Below, piece after piece: positions 1-9,533 of a stretch of DNA of 64,000 bases (the stretch's first letter is position 1; each line of letters opens with the position of its first letter). Both the position numbers and the translations under genes were made by a program. The stretch spans positions 96,001 through 160,000 of the forward strand of contig JBOEGF010000008.1 in the NCBI GenBank assembly GCA_050633305.1, read 5' to 3'. The notes under the pieces are model-generated. The model made no database searches, was not told the origin of the DNA, and saw nothing but the letters and a program-made list of their open reading frames with translations. This stretch comes from Nannocystales bacterium (GTDB taxonomy: Bacteria; Myxococcota_A; Polyangia; Nannocystales; Nannocystaceae).

Positions 1-69
1 CACCCATCGCGCCCAGTCATCCACGTGGTGGAGCCTCGATCGATTCACGAGGACCCGCAAGCCTGCGGA

Positions 70-1308
70 CTACTCGTGTCGCAGCGCCTCGATCGGGTCC
101 AGGCGAGAAGCCCGGATGGCCGGATAGAGACCGGAGACCAACCCCACGCTCACCGAGACGCCGGTCGAAAGCAGGATCGAACTCGCGGTGACCACCGTCG
201 GCCAGTCCGCATAGAACGCGACCGCGTAGGCGATGCCCATGCCCAGCGTGATCCCAGCGACGCCGCCCAAGAACGAAAGCGCGAACGAGGTCAGCAGGAA
301 CTGGAAACGGATGTCCCGTCGGCGGGCTCCCACCGCCCGCCGGATCCCGATCGCCCGGGTCTGCTCCAGCACGGAGGCCAGCATGATGTTCATGATGCCG
401 ATGCCACCAACGAGGAGCGAGATGCCCGCAATACAGCCCATGACGATGTCGAACAGCCGCTGCGTTTGTCGGCTCTGCTCCAGCAGCGCGGCCGGTACGA
501 CGATCTCGTAGTCGCTCTCCCCACCGTGCAGCCGCTGCATCAAGCCCCCCACAACGGCAGCGACCTCGGTGGGCGACGCCCCCTCTTGGGTACGGATGAC
601 GATCTCCTCTAGAGGCGCATCGAGAGGGTCACGGTCGAACTTCCGAAGCCCCGTCGACAGCGGGACATAGATCTCGCGCGCCGTCGATGCGACCGCGACG
701 CCTTCGATGGTGTTGTCCTCGGTGCTCTCAGGGGCCAGGACCCCAACAACCTCCACCCACACGTCGTTGATCTTCACGTGCTTCCCAACCGCCGGCTCGG
801 GTCCGAACAGTTCTCGGCGCGCCGCAGATCCGAGCACGGCGACCTGCGCGTGTTCCTGCTCATCTCGGGCGTCGATGAAACGACCCTCACCAAGGCTGAG
901 CAAGGTCAGCTCCGCGTGCAGCGGCGAGACACCGAACACCGTCGCCTCGGTCTTCCCACCGGGCGCATGGATCGCGTAGGCATCGACCTTGAGCCTCGGC
1001 ACGACGTAGTCGACGTCCGGTACGGCCTCCTCGATCGCATGCACGTCGCGGGGCGAAACGCCGATCGACTTCTTCCGGATCTCGAGGAGGTCTTCTTTCT
1101 CGAAGCTCCTCGAGCGGACCAGCACGTTTCGCACACCCATCCGATCGATGAGGTCCATCGCCTGTTGTTCGGCGCCCGCACCGATCGACAGCATGGAGAT
1201 GACCGCCCCAACGCCGAACATCATGCCGAGCATCGTCAACGCGGAGCGCAGCTTGTGCGAGGCCAGGTTCTCCACCGCGGCGAAGAAGGCATCCGCGGGA
1301 CGCATCAT
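70..1308 (-). CDS. MacB/FtsX-like ABC transporter permease
   Basis: N-terminal 'HKLRSALTMLGMMFGVGAVI', large periplasmic loop, C-terminal 'ISLLVGGIGIMNIMLASVLEQTRAIGIRRAVGA' and 'GLYPAIRASRLDPIEALRHE'; 4-nt overlap with upstream gene. Confidence 0.95.
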   Translation of the reverse strand: MMRPADAFFAAVENLASHKLRSALTMLGMMFGVGAVISMLSIGAGAEQQAMDLIDRMGVRNVLVRSRSFEKEDLLEIRKKSIGVSPRDVHAIEEAVPDVDYVVPRLKVDAYAIHAPGGKTEATVFGVSPLHAELTLLSLGEGRFIDARDEQEHAQVAVLGSAARRELFGPEPAVGKHVKINDVWVEVVGVLAPESTEDNTIEGVAVASTAREIYVPLSTGLRKFDRDPLDAPLEEIVIRTQEGASPTEVAAVVGGLMQRLHGGESDYEIVVPAALLEQSRQTQRLFDIVMGCIAGISLLVGGIGIMNIMLASVLEQTRAIGIRRAVGARRRDIRFQFLLTSFALSFLGGVAGITLGMGIAYAVAFYADWPTVVTASSILLSTGVSVSVGLVSGLYPAIRASRLDPIEALRHE

Positions 1309-2588
1309 CGCGGACCTCCGGGCGTTTTCGGGCGCTCTGCCGACTTGGCGTCGTCATCCGCTCCCAACAAAGCGTCGGCGTCCTCGTGAGGGTCGCGCAG
1401 AGCCACTTGGTCCCCCGCCTCGATTCCGGATGTGATCACCACCCGGCCTGCACTCGCGCTTCCAAGCTCGACCACCGTCGCATCGAACCCGCCGACTCCC
1501 CGTTTGTAGACGATGCTCTTGCCGTCCTCATCGAAGATAGCCTGACGCGGGACCACCAGAGCCTCGGGTTCCTCCACCAGGATCGTGGCCTGGATGCGTT
1601 GCCCGATCCGCATGGTTTCGGGGTCGGTCTTGGCGAGTTCGAGCGTCACACCGAAGTAGTGCACGGGGACCTCGTGATGCTTCGGCTGCGCCAGCGTGTC
1701 CATTTTTTGGAGGGTGGCCTCGTAAGCCTGAGACGGATGAGCGTCGATCACCACCTCGGCGGGCAGCCCTGCCACGAGGTTGCCGGCGTCCGCCTCGAGG
1801 ACGTGGACCTTGGCCTCCAGCGCCGCGACATGTGGAAGCTCGGCGAGCTTCTGGCCGCGCCAAACGGTATCGCCGACCCGAATCGGGTCCCCGCGCCAGT
1901 TGCGTTTGAGGACGAGGATCCCGTCGTGAGGAGCCTTGACCTGCAACTTGGCCAGGCCTTCTTCGGCCCGCTGGACCTCCCGCGAGGAGAGGTTCTTCTG
2001 GATGGACAGCAGGTCGATCTGCTTCGAGGAGACCGCGCGCTCGATGTCTTTGACCCGCCGGGCGTGCCGAGCCTTGGCCTCAGCCAACTCGACATCGATG
2101 CTCGACTCCACGATCTCGTTGCGCGAGAGGATCTCGGCGTCGTCCGTCTCGAACTCCCGCGCCACGGCTGCCTCGGAGTCCGACAACGCCGCGGTCACAT
2201 CTCGCTTGGCCTCGTTCGCTCGCGCCGAGACGCCTTCCTTTTTCATCCTCTTGCTCGAAGCCGACACGTCGTCCTGGCTATCGGCAAGTGTTCGCTCCAT
2301 CTCCGAAGCGTCGAACTCGACCACAAGGTCGCCCTCTTTCACGGTCAGTCCGTCCTCGGCCACCCATGCGATCTTCATGGGTCGCTTCGAGTCCTGCGGT
2401 GCCGTGACCGAGGTGGCCTCCACCGCCGCCAGCAAGCCCTCCGCACGAACCCGGCGAACAAACGTCGCGGCGGGCTGCACCTCGAACGTCGGGACCTCCG
2501 CCTCCAACACGTCACCGAGACAACCAGCGCTGGTCGTCGCGGCACTCAGGGCCGCCAACCCGGAGACCATGAACACACGCCGTTTCAC
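1305..2588 (-). CDS. Efflux periplasmic adaptor (MFP/HlyD-like) subunit 3, putative lipoprotein
   Basis: Signal peptide ending 'AGC', lipoyl half-motifs ('EDGLTVKEGDLVVEFD', 'VKAPHDG'), coiled-coil hairpin, C-terminal 'ALVVPRQAI...SGIEAGDQV'. Confidence 0.9.
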   Translation of the reverse strand: MKRRVFMVSGLAALSAATTSAGCLGDVLEAEVPTFEVQPAATFVRRVRAEGLLAAVEATSVTAPQDSKRPMKIAWVAEDGLTVKEGDLVVEFDASEMERTLADSQDDVSASSKRMKKEGVSARANEAKRDVTAALSDSEAAVAREFETDDAEILSRNEIVESSIDVELAEAKARHARRVKDIERAVSSKQIDLLSIQKNLSSREVQRAEEGLAKLQVKAPHDGILVLKRNWRGDPIRVGDTVWRGQKLAELPHVAALEAKVHVLEADAGNLVAGLPAEVVIDAHPSQAYEATLQKMDTLAQPKHHEVPVHYFGVTLELAKTDPETMRIGQRIQATILVEEPEALVVPRQAIFDEDGKSIVYKRGVGGFDATVVELGSASAGRVVITSGIEAGDQVALRDPHEDADALLGADDDAKSAERPKTPGGPR

Positions 2589-3781
2589 GAGGAGACCTCC
2601 GATGGCAGCAGGACCTTGTCCCCCTCGGCGAGCCCACGGAGGACCTCGACTTGGTCGCCCGCTCGGCGCCCGAGTTCCACCGCGACCTCCTCACTGCCCA
2701 ACCCCTGGGCCCGACGAACGACGGGGCCCTGCGGTGTGGGCACGATCGCCTCGAGCGGCAGGAGCAATGCATCATCGATGCGCTCGGACTCGACCGTCCC
2801 GCGGAATCGCATCCCGGGCCGAAGCTTGACGGCATCGTTCGCCTCGAGTTCGATGCGAACGTTGGCCACCTTGAGCGGATTCTCGGGCGATGCTCGACGC
2901 ACGGTCCGGGAGATCTCGACGATCCGCCCCCGAATCTCGACATCGGCCTGAGCGTCGAGTCGCAGCGACACCGACTGCCCGACCGCCACCTTGCTGACAT
3001 CGACCTCATCGACTTGCCCTTGGCCCTCCATCTCATCCAGGGATGCCAGCGAGATCACGGGCTCACCACGCCACGCTGTGTCCCCGACCTTCTTCTTCTC
3101 GCCCCGCCAGTTTGCCTCGTAGATGACTGTCCCGGTGCGTGCGGCTTTGACCGCCATTCCGTCGATGGACGCCGTGATCTCCTCGACCCGCTGCTGCGCG
3201 CGGTCTCGCTTGCTGCGCCAACGACCCACGTCAAACCGGTCCCGCCGACTCGCAGCCTTCGCCTTGGTCTTTTGGAACTGCACCTTCTTTCGGGCGAGTT
3301 CGAGGTCGAGCTTGGCCTTCTCGAGCTCGATGACGGCAGTGATGCCAGCGGGGGCCTCCGCCTTGAGGTCGGCCTTACGCAGCTCCGCCTTCGCCTCGGC
3401 CAACGCCAGGCCCTCGTCCTCGCGTGCCATCTTCGAGGTGGAGACCTTCATCTTGAGCTGCGTGTCCGCCGTGTCTCGCTCGGCCTCTTTCTGGTCCAGA
3501 CGTTGCTTGAGTTCGGTGGTGTCGAGCATCAGGACCGGCTCGCCTTCCTTCGCGACCCCGCCCTCCTCCGCCATCATCGCGATCTTGTAGTTCCACACCC
3601 CGGAGATCGCCGGCGCGGTCACACGGACCGAATCGAGCGCCTTCATCTCGCCAGAGACTTCGACGCCGACGATCAGGACCCCGCGTTCAACGGCGACGGT
3701 TTTTCCTTCGGCAAGCTCGGCAGGGGCACCGTCGCACCCGAGCAACGCAAAGACGAACAGCAGTCCCAGCGCCCGCCTCAT
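2585..3781 (-). CDS. Efflux periplasmic adaptor (MFP/HlyD-like) subunit 2, putative lipoprotein
   Basis: Lipobox 'LLGC', 'EEGGVAKEGEPVLMLD', 'LRPGMRFRG', 'LLLPLEAI', 'GLAEGDKV'. Confidence 0.9.
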   Translation of the reverse strand: MRRALGLLFVFALLGCDGAPAELAEGKTVAVERGVLIVGVEVSGEMKALDSVRVTAPAISGVWNYKIAMMAEEGGVAKEGEPVLMLDTTELKQRLDQKEAERDTADTQLKMKVSTSKMAREDEGLALAEAKAELRKADLKAEAPAGITAVIELEKAKLDLELARKKVQFQKTKAKAASRRDRFDVGRWRSKRDRAQQRVEEITASIDGMAVKAARTGTVIYEANWRGEKKKVGDTAWRGEPVISLASLDEMEGQGQVDEVDVSKVAVGQSVSLRLDAQADVEIRGRIVEISRTVRRASPENPLKVANVRIELEANDAVKLRPGMRFRGTVESERIDDALLLPLEAIVPTPQGPVVRRAQGLGSEEVAVELGRRAGDQVEVLRGLAEGDKVLLPSEVSS

Positions 3782-4989
3782 GCCGCACCTCCGGGAGTGC
3801 GCACCCGGTCGCCCTCGGAGAGCCCCGACAACGCCGCGCAGCGTTGCGTGTCACACGGTCCGACGCTCACATCGACCTCACGTCCATCCTCCAGAATCGC
3901 CGTCGCTCCCTCGGACGAGAAGTGCAGCCCCGACCGCGGGACGAGCAGCACATCCTCGAGAATCGCGCTGGGCACCTCGACCTTGACCGAGAGCCCCGGG
4001 CGCATCTGCTCGGGAAGGTCGTCATCCAGCTCGACAACGACGGTGAATGCTTGTCGGGTGGACTCGCGCGAGGGACTTTGCGCGACCGCGCTCACCGAGC
4101 GAACGAAGCCCGAAAGCGGGACATCGGGAAAGGCGTCGACGGTGCACGTCACCTTCATCCCCCCCACCACACGCCGGTCGTCCACGTCGCTGAGCGTCGC
4201 TTTGACCAGCGTCTTGGAGAGGTCCGGGAGTTCCGCGACGGTGAGCCCGGGCCAGACCGTGTCGCCGACCTGGAGCTTGCGGCCCTCTCGAGGTTCCTTG
4301 CCCACGAGCACGATGCCATCGCGGGGTGCGGTGAGCGCGAGCGCATCCAGCTGCTCCCCCGCCGCTTTGTAAGCGCGCAGCGCCTTCTCGTAGGTGACGC
4401 GCTTGACCTGCTCATCGAGCCGCCCGCCTCCGCGAAGCGAATCGAGATCACGCTTCGCGGTCGTCTGAGCGACCTCGGCGCGCTGCAGCGCGATCTTGAA
4501 GTCCAGCGCCTCGCGGCGAGAGACCAAACTCTCCGGCACCCCGGCGTCGAGCTCGGCCTTGGCGACGGCGGTCTTCTGCGACTCCACTTCGAACTGCTTC
4601 TCCGCGACCTGCACTGCCGTCTCGGCCTGCTGGGTCTCCAACTCAACCCCCGCCTCCACAACCTTCACCTCAAGGTCGCCGAGTTTCTCGATCACCGACG
4701 AGTTGTCGAACTCGACAACCCGGTCTCCTTTCTTGACGACGGCGCCGTCCTCGGCCAACCACTTGATGGCGACCTGCCAGTTTTCCGTGCGCGGCGTCAG
4801 GAGTTCGACCGCATTCTCAGCCTCGAGTTCTCCGGTCAGGAGGATCGTCTGGCTGACAGAGCCCCGCTCGACGACCGCCGTCGGCACCGCCAGCTCGGGC
4901 TCCCCGTGCAACACCGTCGCGGCGGACTCGCAACCGCCCAACAGCGCGGCGCAGAGCATGAGCGTGGGGATGGAGAGGGTTCGTTTCAC
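3778..4989 (-). CDS. Efflux periplasmic adaptor (MFP/HlyD-like) subunit 1, putative lipoprotein
   Basis: Lipobox 'LGGC', 'EDGAVVKKGDRVVEFD', 'LTAPRDG', 'MRPGLSVKVEV', 'GLSEGDRV'. Confidence 0.9.
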   Translation of the reverse strand: MKRTLSIPTLMLCAALLGGCESAATVLHGEPELAVPTAVVERGSVSQTILLTGELEAENAVELLTPRTENWQVAIKWLAEDGAVVKKGDRVVEFDNSSVIEKLGDLEVKVVEAGVELETQQAETAVQVAEKQFEVESQKTAVAKAELDAGVPESLVSRREALDFKIALQRAEVAQTTAKRDLDSLRGGGRLDEQVKRVTYEKALRAYKAAGEQLDALALTAPRDGIVLVGKEPREGRKLQVGDTVWPGLTVAELPDLSKTLVKATLSDVDDRRVVGGMKVTCTVDAFPDVPLSGFVRSVSAVAQSPSRESTRQAFTVVVELDDDLPEQMRPGLSVKVEVPSAILEDVLLVPRSGLHFSSEGATAILEDGREVDVSVGPCDTQRCAALSGLSEGDRVRTPGGAA

Positions 4990-5696
4990 ATTGCCGCCAC
5001 TTCGGGTCCGGGGCCGTCGCCGATGACCTTGCCGTCCGCCAGCCGCACCGCCCGAGGACAGCGCGCCGCAACACTGGGCTCGTGCGTGACGATGACGATG
5101 GTGTTCCCCGCCGCATGCAGCGCGTCGAAGAGCGCCATGATCTCTTTTTCGGTGGCGGAGTCGAGGTTGCCGGTGGGCTCGTCGGCGAGCAGCAGGGTCG
5201 GCTCGCCCACCAGCGCGCGAGCGATGGCCACACGCTGCCGCTGTCCACCGGACAGCTCGACCGGCTTGTGGCCCAAACGGTCGCCGAGCCCAACCTTCTC
5301 CAGAGCCGCGATGGCCAACCGTTTCCGCTCTCGTCGAGGCGTTCCGCGATACAGCAGCGGAAGCTCGACATTGCGCAACGCCGAGACGCGGCCCAGAAGT
5401 TGGAAGCTTTGAAAGACGAACCCAATGTGCCGGTTGCGAACCCTCGACAGCGCGTCGTCCTCGAGCCCCTGCACGTCGTCCCCGTCGAGGCGGTAGACAC
5501 CACTGCTCGGGCGGTCCATGCAGCCGAGCAGATTCATGAGCGTGGACTTTCCCGAGCCGCTGCGGCCAACGATCGCGACGAACTCGCCCGAGTCGACTCC
5601 GATGCTGACGCCATCGAGCGCTGCAATGGTCTCCGTCCCCATCCGATAGGTTCGGGTGAGGTCAACAACTTCAATGATGCGGCGCGCGCTCTCCAT
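4986..5696 (-). CDS. ABC transporter ATP-binding protein (LolD/MacB-type)
   Basis: Walker A GRSGSGKS, signature LSGGQRQR, Walker B LLLADEPTGNLD, H-loop VTHE. Confidence 0.97.
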   Translation of the reverse strand: MESARRIIEVVDLTRTYRMGTETIAALDGVSIGVDSGEFVAIVGRSGSGKSTLMNLLGCMDRPSSGVYRLDGDDVQGLEDDALSRVRNRHIGFVFQSFQLLGRVSALRNVELPLLYRGTPRRERKRLAIAALEKVGLGDRLGHKPVELSGGQRQRVAIARALVGEPTLLLADEPTGNLDSATEKEIMALFDALHAAGNTIVIVTHEPSVAARCPRAVRLADGKVIGDGPGPEVAAM

Positions 5697-5839
5697 CCGA
5701 CTCGCGTCACACTGACCCCCCAGGCGGGAGCCAGGTTTCCTCCAGGGCGCATGGTCGCAAATCTACGAGCCGATCACACGAGCGAAGCGCCCACAATCAC
5801 CGGTGGGAACTCTGGGCATTCCGCGCCGTGGAACGCAGG

Positions 5840-6028
5840 TCAGGGCCACAGCCCCGCCCGGATCAGGTCACGAACCTCGACCGCCCGCAGTACCGTCTCA
5901 TCGACCTCGGCCCGTGGGGCCTGGGCCGGGTCCAGCGGCCGGCCCTCGGCCCGCAGCACGTCATGAACCGCAACGACGGCCTCGAGGGCGGACTGCGGCT
6001 CGCAAGGGAGCCGACCCCGACGATGCAT
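5840..6028 (-). CDS. Small hypothetical protein (62 aa)
   Basis: ATG at 6028 in the 5840-6142 ORF; strong G/C third-position bias; fills an otherwise empty gap; no recognised motif. Confidence 0.35.
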   Translation of the reverse strand: MHRRGRLPCEPQSALEAVVAVHDVLRAEGRPLDPAQAPRAEVDETVLRAVEVRDLIRAGLWP

Positions 6029-6219
6029 GCGTTCGACGACCCTTCGAAGCCGCCGGCGGCACGGACGGAAGGTCTCACTGAGCCGATACGGACGACGACG
6101 AGGAGCGGGCATCACAGCTGTCGTCGGCCGTGGGCGCCCCACGTTGCGAAAAAACGCCGTCCTGTACCCCCAAGGCGCTTGGCCCGACGCCGACCGCGCC
6201 GGTGATCTACGATGCGCGC

Positions 6220-7152
6220 ATGCCGTCCATCCGATGGTTCGCTCCCCTCGCCCTCAGCCTCGTGGCTTGCCATCCCAAGCAGTCCGAGCTGGACGAGATC
6301 AACCGAAGACTCGACGAGGTCTCGACGCAACAGCAGCAGCTGATCGAGAACCTCGACTCCCAGTGGGCCCAGGAGCGGCAGTCCGAACGCCAGCCCGTCC
6401 AGGCGGAGGGCCCGCGCGACGAGGTCACGGACCAGCTCGACGGGCTTCAACTTCAGCTTGATGCGCTCCGGACCGACCTCCGGGACCTTCAGAGCTCGGT
6501 GCAAGCCCAGAAGCGGGCCGCTGCCAAGCCTCGCCCCGGACGCCCTGACCCGGCCCAGCGATACCGCGTCGACATCGGTAAGTCCCATGTTCGCGGTCGC
6601 CGTGATGCGTTGGTGACCCTGATCGCGTTCACCGACTACCAGTGCCCGTTCTGCAAGCGGGTGCAGCCCACGCTCGAGGCTCTGCGCAAGCAATACGGCC
6701 GAAACATCCGCCTGGTCCACAAACACAACCCGCTACCCATGCACAACCGGGCCCTTCCAGCCGCGGTCGCAGCGGAGGCCGCGGGCAACCAAGGCAAGTT
6801 CTGGGAGATGCACGAGCGCCTCTGGGAAGACCCCCGAGCGCTCACCGACGAGACCATCGAACAGTACGCCCGCGAGCTCGGACTCAACATGCAGCGGTTC
6901 AGGCGGGACCTGAAGGACCCCAGCATCGTCAAGCGCATCGAGGCCGAGCAAAAACAGGGCACCGTCGTCGGTGCACGCGGTACACCGGCGTTCTTCGTCA
7001 ACGGAAAGTTCATCAGCGGCGCGCAGCCTCAATCGGAGTTCGAGCGGGCCATCGACGCCGCGCTCGTCGAAGCCCGCGAGAAGGTCAAGTCCGGCACCCC
7101 GCGGAAGAGCCTGTACAAGGCCCTGATGAAAGACGCCCTCACCGAGGTCTAG
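6220..7152 (+). CDS. DsbA-family thioredoxin-fold lipoprotein with N-terminal coiled coil
   Basis: Lipobox 'LVAC', 'FTDYQCPFC' CxxC, 'KHNPLPMH', cis-Pro loop 'GTPAFFVNG'; start moved to ATG 6220. Confidence 0.9.
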   Translation: MPSIRWFAPLALSLVACHPKQSELDEINRRLDEVSTQQQQLIENLDSQWAQERQSERQPVQAEGPRDEVTDQLDGLQLQLDALRTDLRDLQSSVQAQKRAAAKPRPGRPDPAQRYRVDIGKSHVRGRRDALVTLIAFTDYQCPFCKRVQPTLEALRKQYGRNIRLVHKHNPLPMHNRALPAAVAAEAAGNQGKFWEMHERLWEDPRALTDETIEQYARELGLNMQRFRRDLKDPSIVKRIEAEQKQGTVVGARGTPAFFVNGKFISGAQPQSEFERAIDAALVEAREKVKSGTPRKSLYKALMKDALTEV

Positions 7153-7261
7153 CAAGCACTTGCATGCCACGGAGCCGTCGCCGGTCGTGCCGGTGAGGCG
7201 CCTGCGGTTCCGCAGGACGGCCCGGCGCCCTCGCGCGCCCGAGTCTGGCTACTGTGCAGCC

Positions 7262-8098
7262 GTGCCCAAGGACCTGATCCTCCGCGAACGCGTGGCCGGG
7301 GTGATGACCCTGACCATGAACAACCCGGACCGTCTCAACGGTTGGACCATGTCCATGCTCGATGAGCTCGGGCATGCGCTCCGGGATGCGACGAATGACC
7401 CAGAGACGAAGGTCTTGGTCCTCACCGGGACAGGCCGCTACTACTGCGCTGGCGTCAACCTGGGGGGTTCGCTCAAGCTCGACCACCCCGCCTCTCTGCA
7501 CCGCTTCATCCTCGAGCGAAATCAGGAACTCTTCGACCAGTTCATCCGGTTTCCGAAGCCGATCTTGATCGCGGTCAACGGCCCTGCGATCGGAGCCAGC
7601 GTGACGTCGGCGTCCTTGTGCGATGGCATCATCGCCTCCGAGGCCGCGACCTTCTCCACCCCCTTCGCAGCGTTGCGCGTCCCGGCGGAGGGCTGCTCCA
7701 CCGAGGTGTTCCCCAAACTCTTGGGCGAGGCCGCGGAGCGTATGCTCGGGAAAGAGGGCTGGAAGCCCACCGGAAAAGAGGCGGTCGAGATTGGGCTCGC
7801 GCAATGGGTTTGCCCCGCCGACGCGCTGATGACCGAGGCGCAGCGAATCGCAGAGGATTGGATCGCGCAGGGGCGCGAACGGAGCTACCCCGTCGGGTTC
7901 AGCGCCGCCGACCTGGCAGAGATCAACGCCCGAGAATCCAAGGTGCTCGCCGGGGCCTTCCTCAGCACGCCGTTCCTCATGGCGCAGTACCGGTTCCTGC
8001 GCAGCAAGGGAAAGCTGCAACCCGCCGCAATGTTCTTCACCCTCGCGAAGACGCGGCCGCTGTGGAAGCGACTGCTGCCCCCCGAAGCCCGCGCCTGA
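7262..8098 (+). CDS. Enoyl-CoA hydratase/isomerase family protein
   Basis: 'LTMNNPDRLNG', 'YYCAGVNL', 'FPKPILIAVNGPAIG'; start chosen at GTG 7262. Confidence 0.9.
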   Translation: MPKDLILRERVAGVMTLTMNNPDRLNGWTMSMLDELGHALRDATNDPETKVLVLTGTGRYYCAGVNLGGSLKLDHPASLHRFILERNQELFDQFIRFPKPILIAVNGPAIGASVTSASLCDGIIASEAATFSTPFAALRVPAEGCSTEVFPKLLGEAAERMLGKEGWKPTGKEAVEIGLAQWVCPADALMTEAQRIAEDWIAQGRERSYPVGFSAADLAEINARESKVLAGAFLSTPFLMAQYRFLRSKGKLQPAAMFFTLAKTRPLWKRLLPPEARA

Positions 8099-8126
8099 CG
8101 CTCCTCGACCCTGCTACGCTCGGCCG

Positions 8127-9533
8127 ATGCTGCCCACGCTGGTCTTCGCGCTCTCGGGGGCACTCGCCGTTCCACAGCCAGCACCTCAACACGTGATCGG
8201 CGGAGATGTCGCGGAGGACTGCGAGTGGCCGAGCACCGTCTTGATGAGCGGTTGCAGCGGTACGCTGATCCACCCCGAGGTCGTCCTGTACGCCGCCCAT
8301 TGTCCCAACAGCGGCAGTGTCCGTTTCGGTACGGGCGGCGACGAACGGACTGTTGCCACGACCTCCTGCGCGCAAGCCCCGGAGTACCCCGCGACGGGCT
8401 TCGACTATGCGTACTGCCGACTCGCGCAGCCTGTGACCGACGTGCCGATCGTGCCGGTCATGATGGGTTGCGAACGCCAACAACTCGTCGTCGGCGCTCC
8501 CGCTTGGCTTGTCGGATTCGGCAACACCTCGAATGCGGGCGGAGGCTTCGGCACCAAGCGCTGGATCGAAGGCGAGGTCGCGGGGTTTCCGGCCGACGGC
8601 AAGCAAATCGGAGTCTTCTACGAGGACCCGAAGACCGGGATCTGCAACGGGGACTCGGGTGGCTCGGCTTTCGCTCAACTCGACGACGGCACCTGGCGCC
8701 TGTTCGGCATCGCCTCGACCGTTCCCGGCTCGTGCGGCGGAAGCTCGCAGCACATCCCGGCCTGGGCCGCGGTTGCGTGGATCGAGGAGGGCACGGGGCT
8801 CGACATCACCCCATGCCATGACGCGGACGGCGCCTGGAACCCCGGTCCGATGTGTGAGGGTTTCCCGACGGCGCCCGGTGACGACAATGGGCTGAGCTGG
8901 GACACCGCCTGCGGCCCCGGACCGCTCAGCGGCCTCGGGGCAACCTGCGGTGCGGCTGCAGGCCAGCCTCAGGACCGGCAGGCCCCGTCCCTCAGCTTCC
9001 TCGCTCCCTCCACGGGTCAGTACCCGGGTCCACTCTTTGAGACAGACATCGAGCTCGAAGTCGAGGACGCAGGCGGCATCCTTGATGTCGAGCTGTCGTT
9101 CGCAGACGAGACCCAAGCCTTCTTCGAAGCCCCGCCCTACACCGTTCCCAACGTCAGCTTCCCGGAGGGTGCGTGGGAACTCGTCGCTACGGCTCGGGAC
9201 TGGTCGGGGAACGTCGCCCAGACCTCGGTCACGATCGAGGTCGGCGCGGAGGCTGCCAGTACCTCGGGCGGCGGAGCCCGCGGGACGGGGGACGGATCTG
9301 GTTCGTCGGGGCTCGGGGGCGAAAGCGGGGACCCGTCGGGGAGCGAACCCGACGACCCCGAGACCTCGGCCGGTACGACCGCTCCTTCCGAAGATACCGA
9401 TGCAGGTGGGCCTGCGAGCTCGGAGAGTTCCGCCGACGGGTGCGGCTGCACAAGCGGATCGCGCTCGCACAGCTGGTTGTGGCTCGGCGTGCTGTGCCTC
9501 GCCACCCGACGACGCAAACTCGCCTCTGTGTGA
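8127..9533 (+). CDS. Secreted S1 (trypsin-like) serine protease with Ig-like domain and MYXO-CTERM-type sorting signal
   Basis: Signal peptide, 'VIGG' mature N-terminus, 'CSGTLI', 'YAAHC', 'GDSGG'; C-terminus 'GCGC'+hydrophobic stretch+'RRRK'. Confidence 0.9.
   Translation: MLPTLVFALSGALAVPQPAPQHVIGGDVAEDCEWPSTVLMSGCSGTLIHPEVVLYAAHCPNSGSVRFGTGGDERTVATTSCAQAPEYPATGFDYAYCRLAQPVTDVPIVPVMMGCERQQLVVGAPAWLVGFGNTSNAGGGFGTKRWIEGEVAGFPADGKQIGVFYEDPKTGICNGDSGGSAFAQLDDGTWRLFGIASTVPGSCGGSSQHIPAWAAVAWIEEGTGLDITPCHDADGAWNPGPMCEGFPTAPGDDNGLSWDTACGPGPLSGLGATCGAAAGQPQDRQAPSLSFLAPSTGQYPGPLFETDIELEVEDAGGILDVELSFADETQAFFEAPPYTVPNVSFPEGAWELVATARDWSGNVAQTSVTIEVGAEAASTSGGGARGTGDGSGSSGLGGESGDPSGSEPDDPETSAGTTAPSEDTDAGGPASSESSADGCGCTSGSRSHSWLWLGVLCLATRRRKLASV

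Noticed and set aside
1..69. Possible start of a further exporter-operon gene on the minus strand (GTG at 24)
   Set aside because: Only eight codons are visible; cannot be supported
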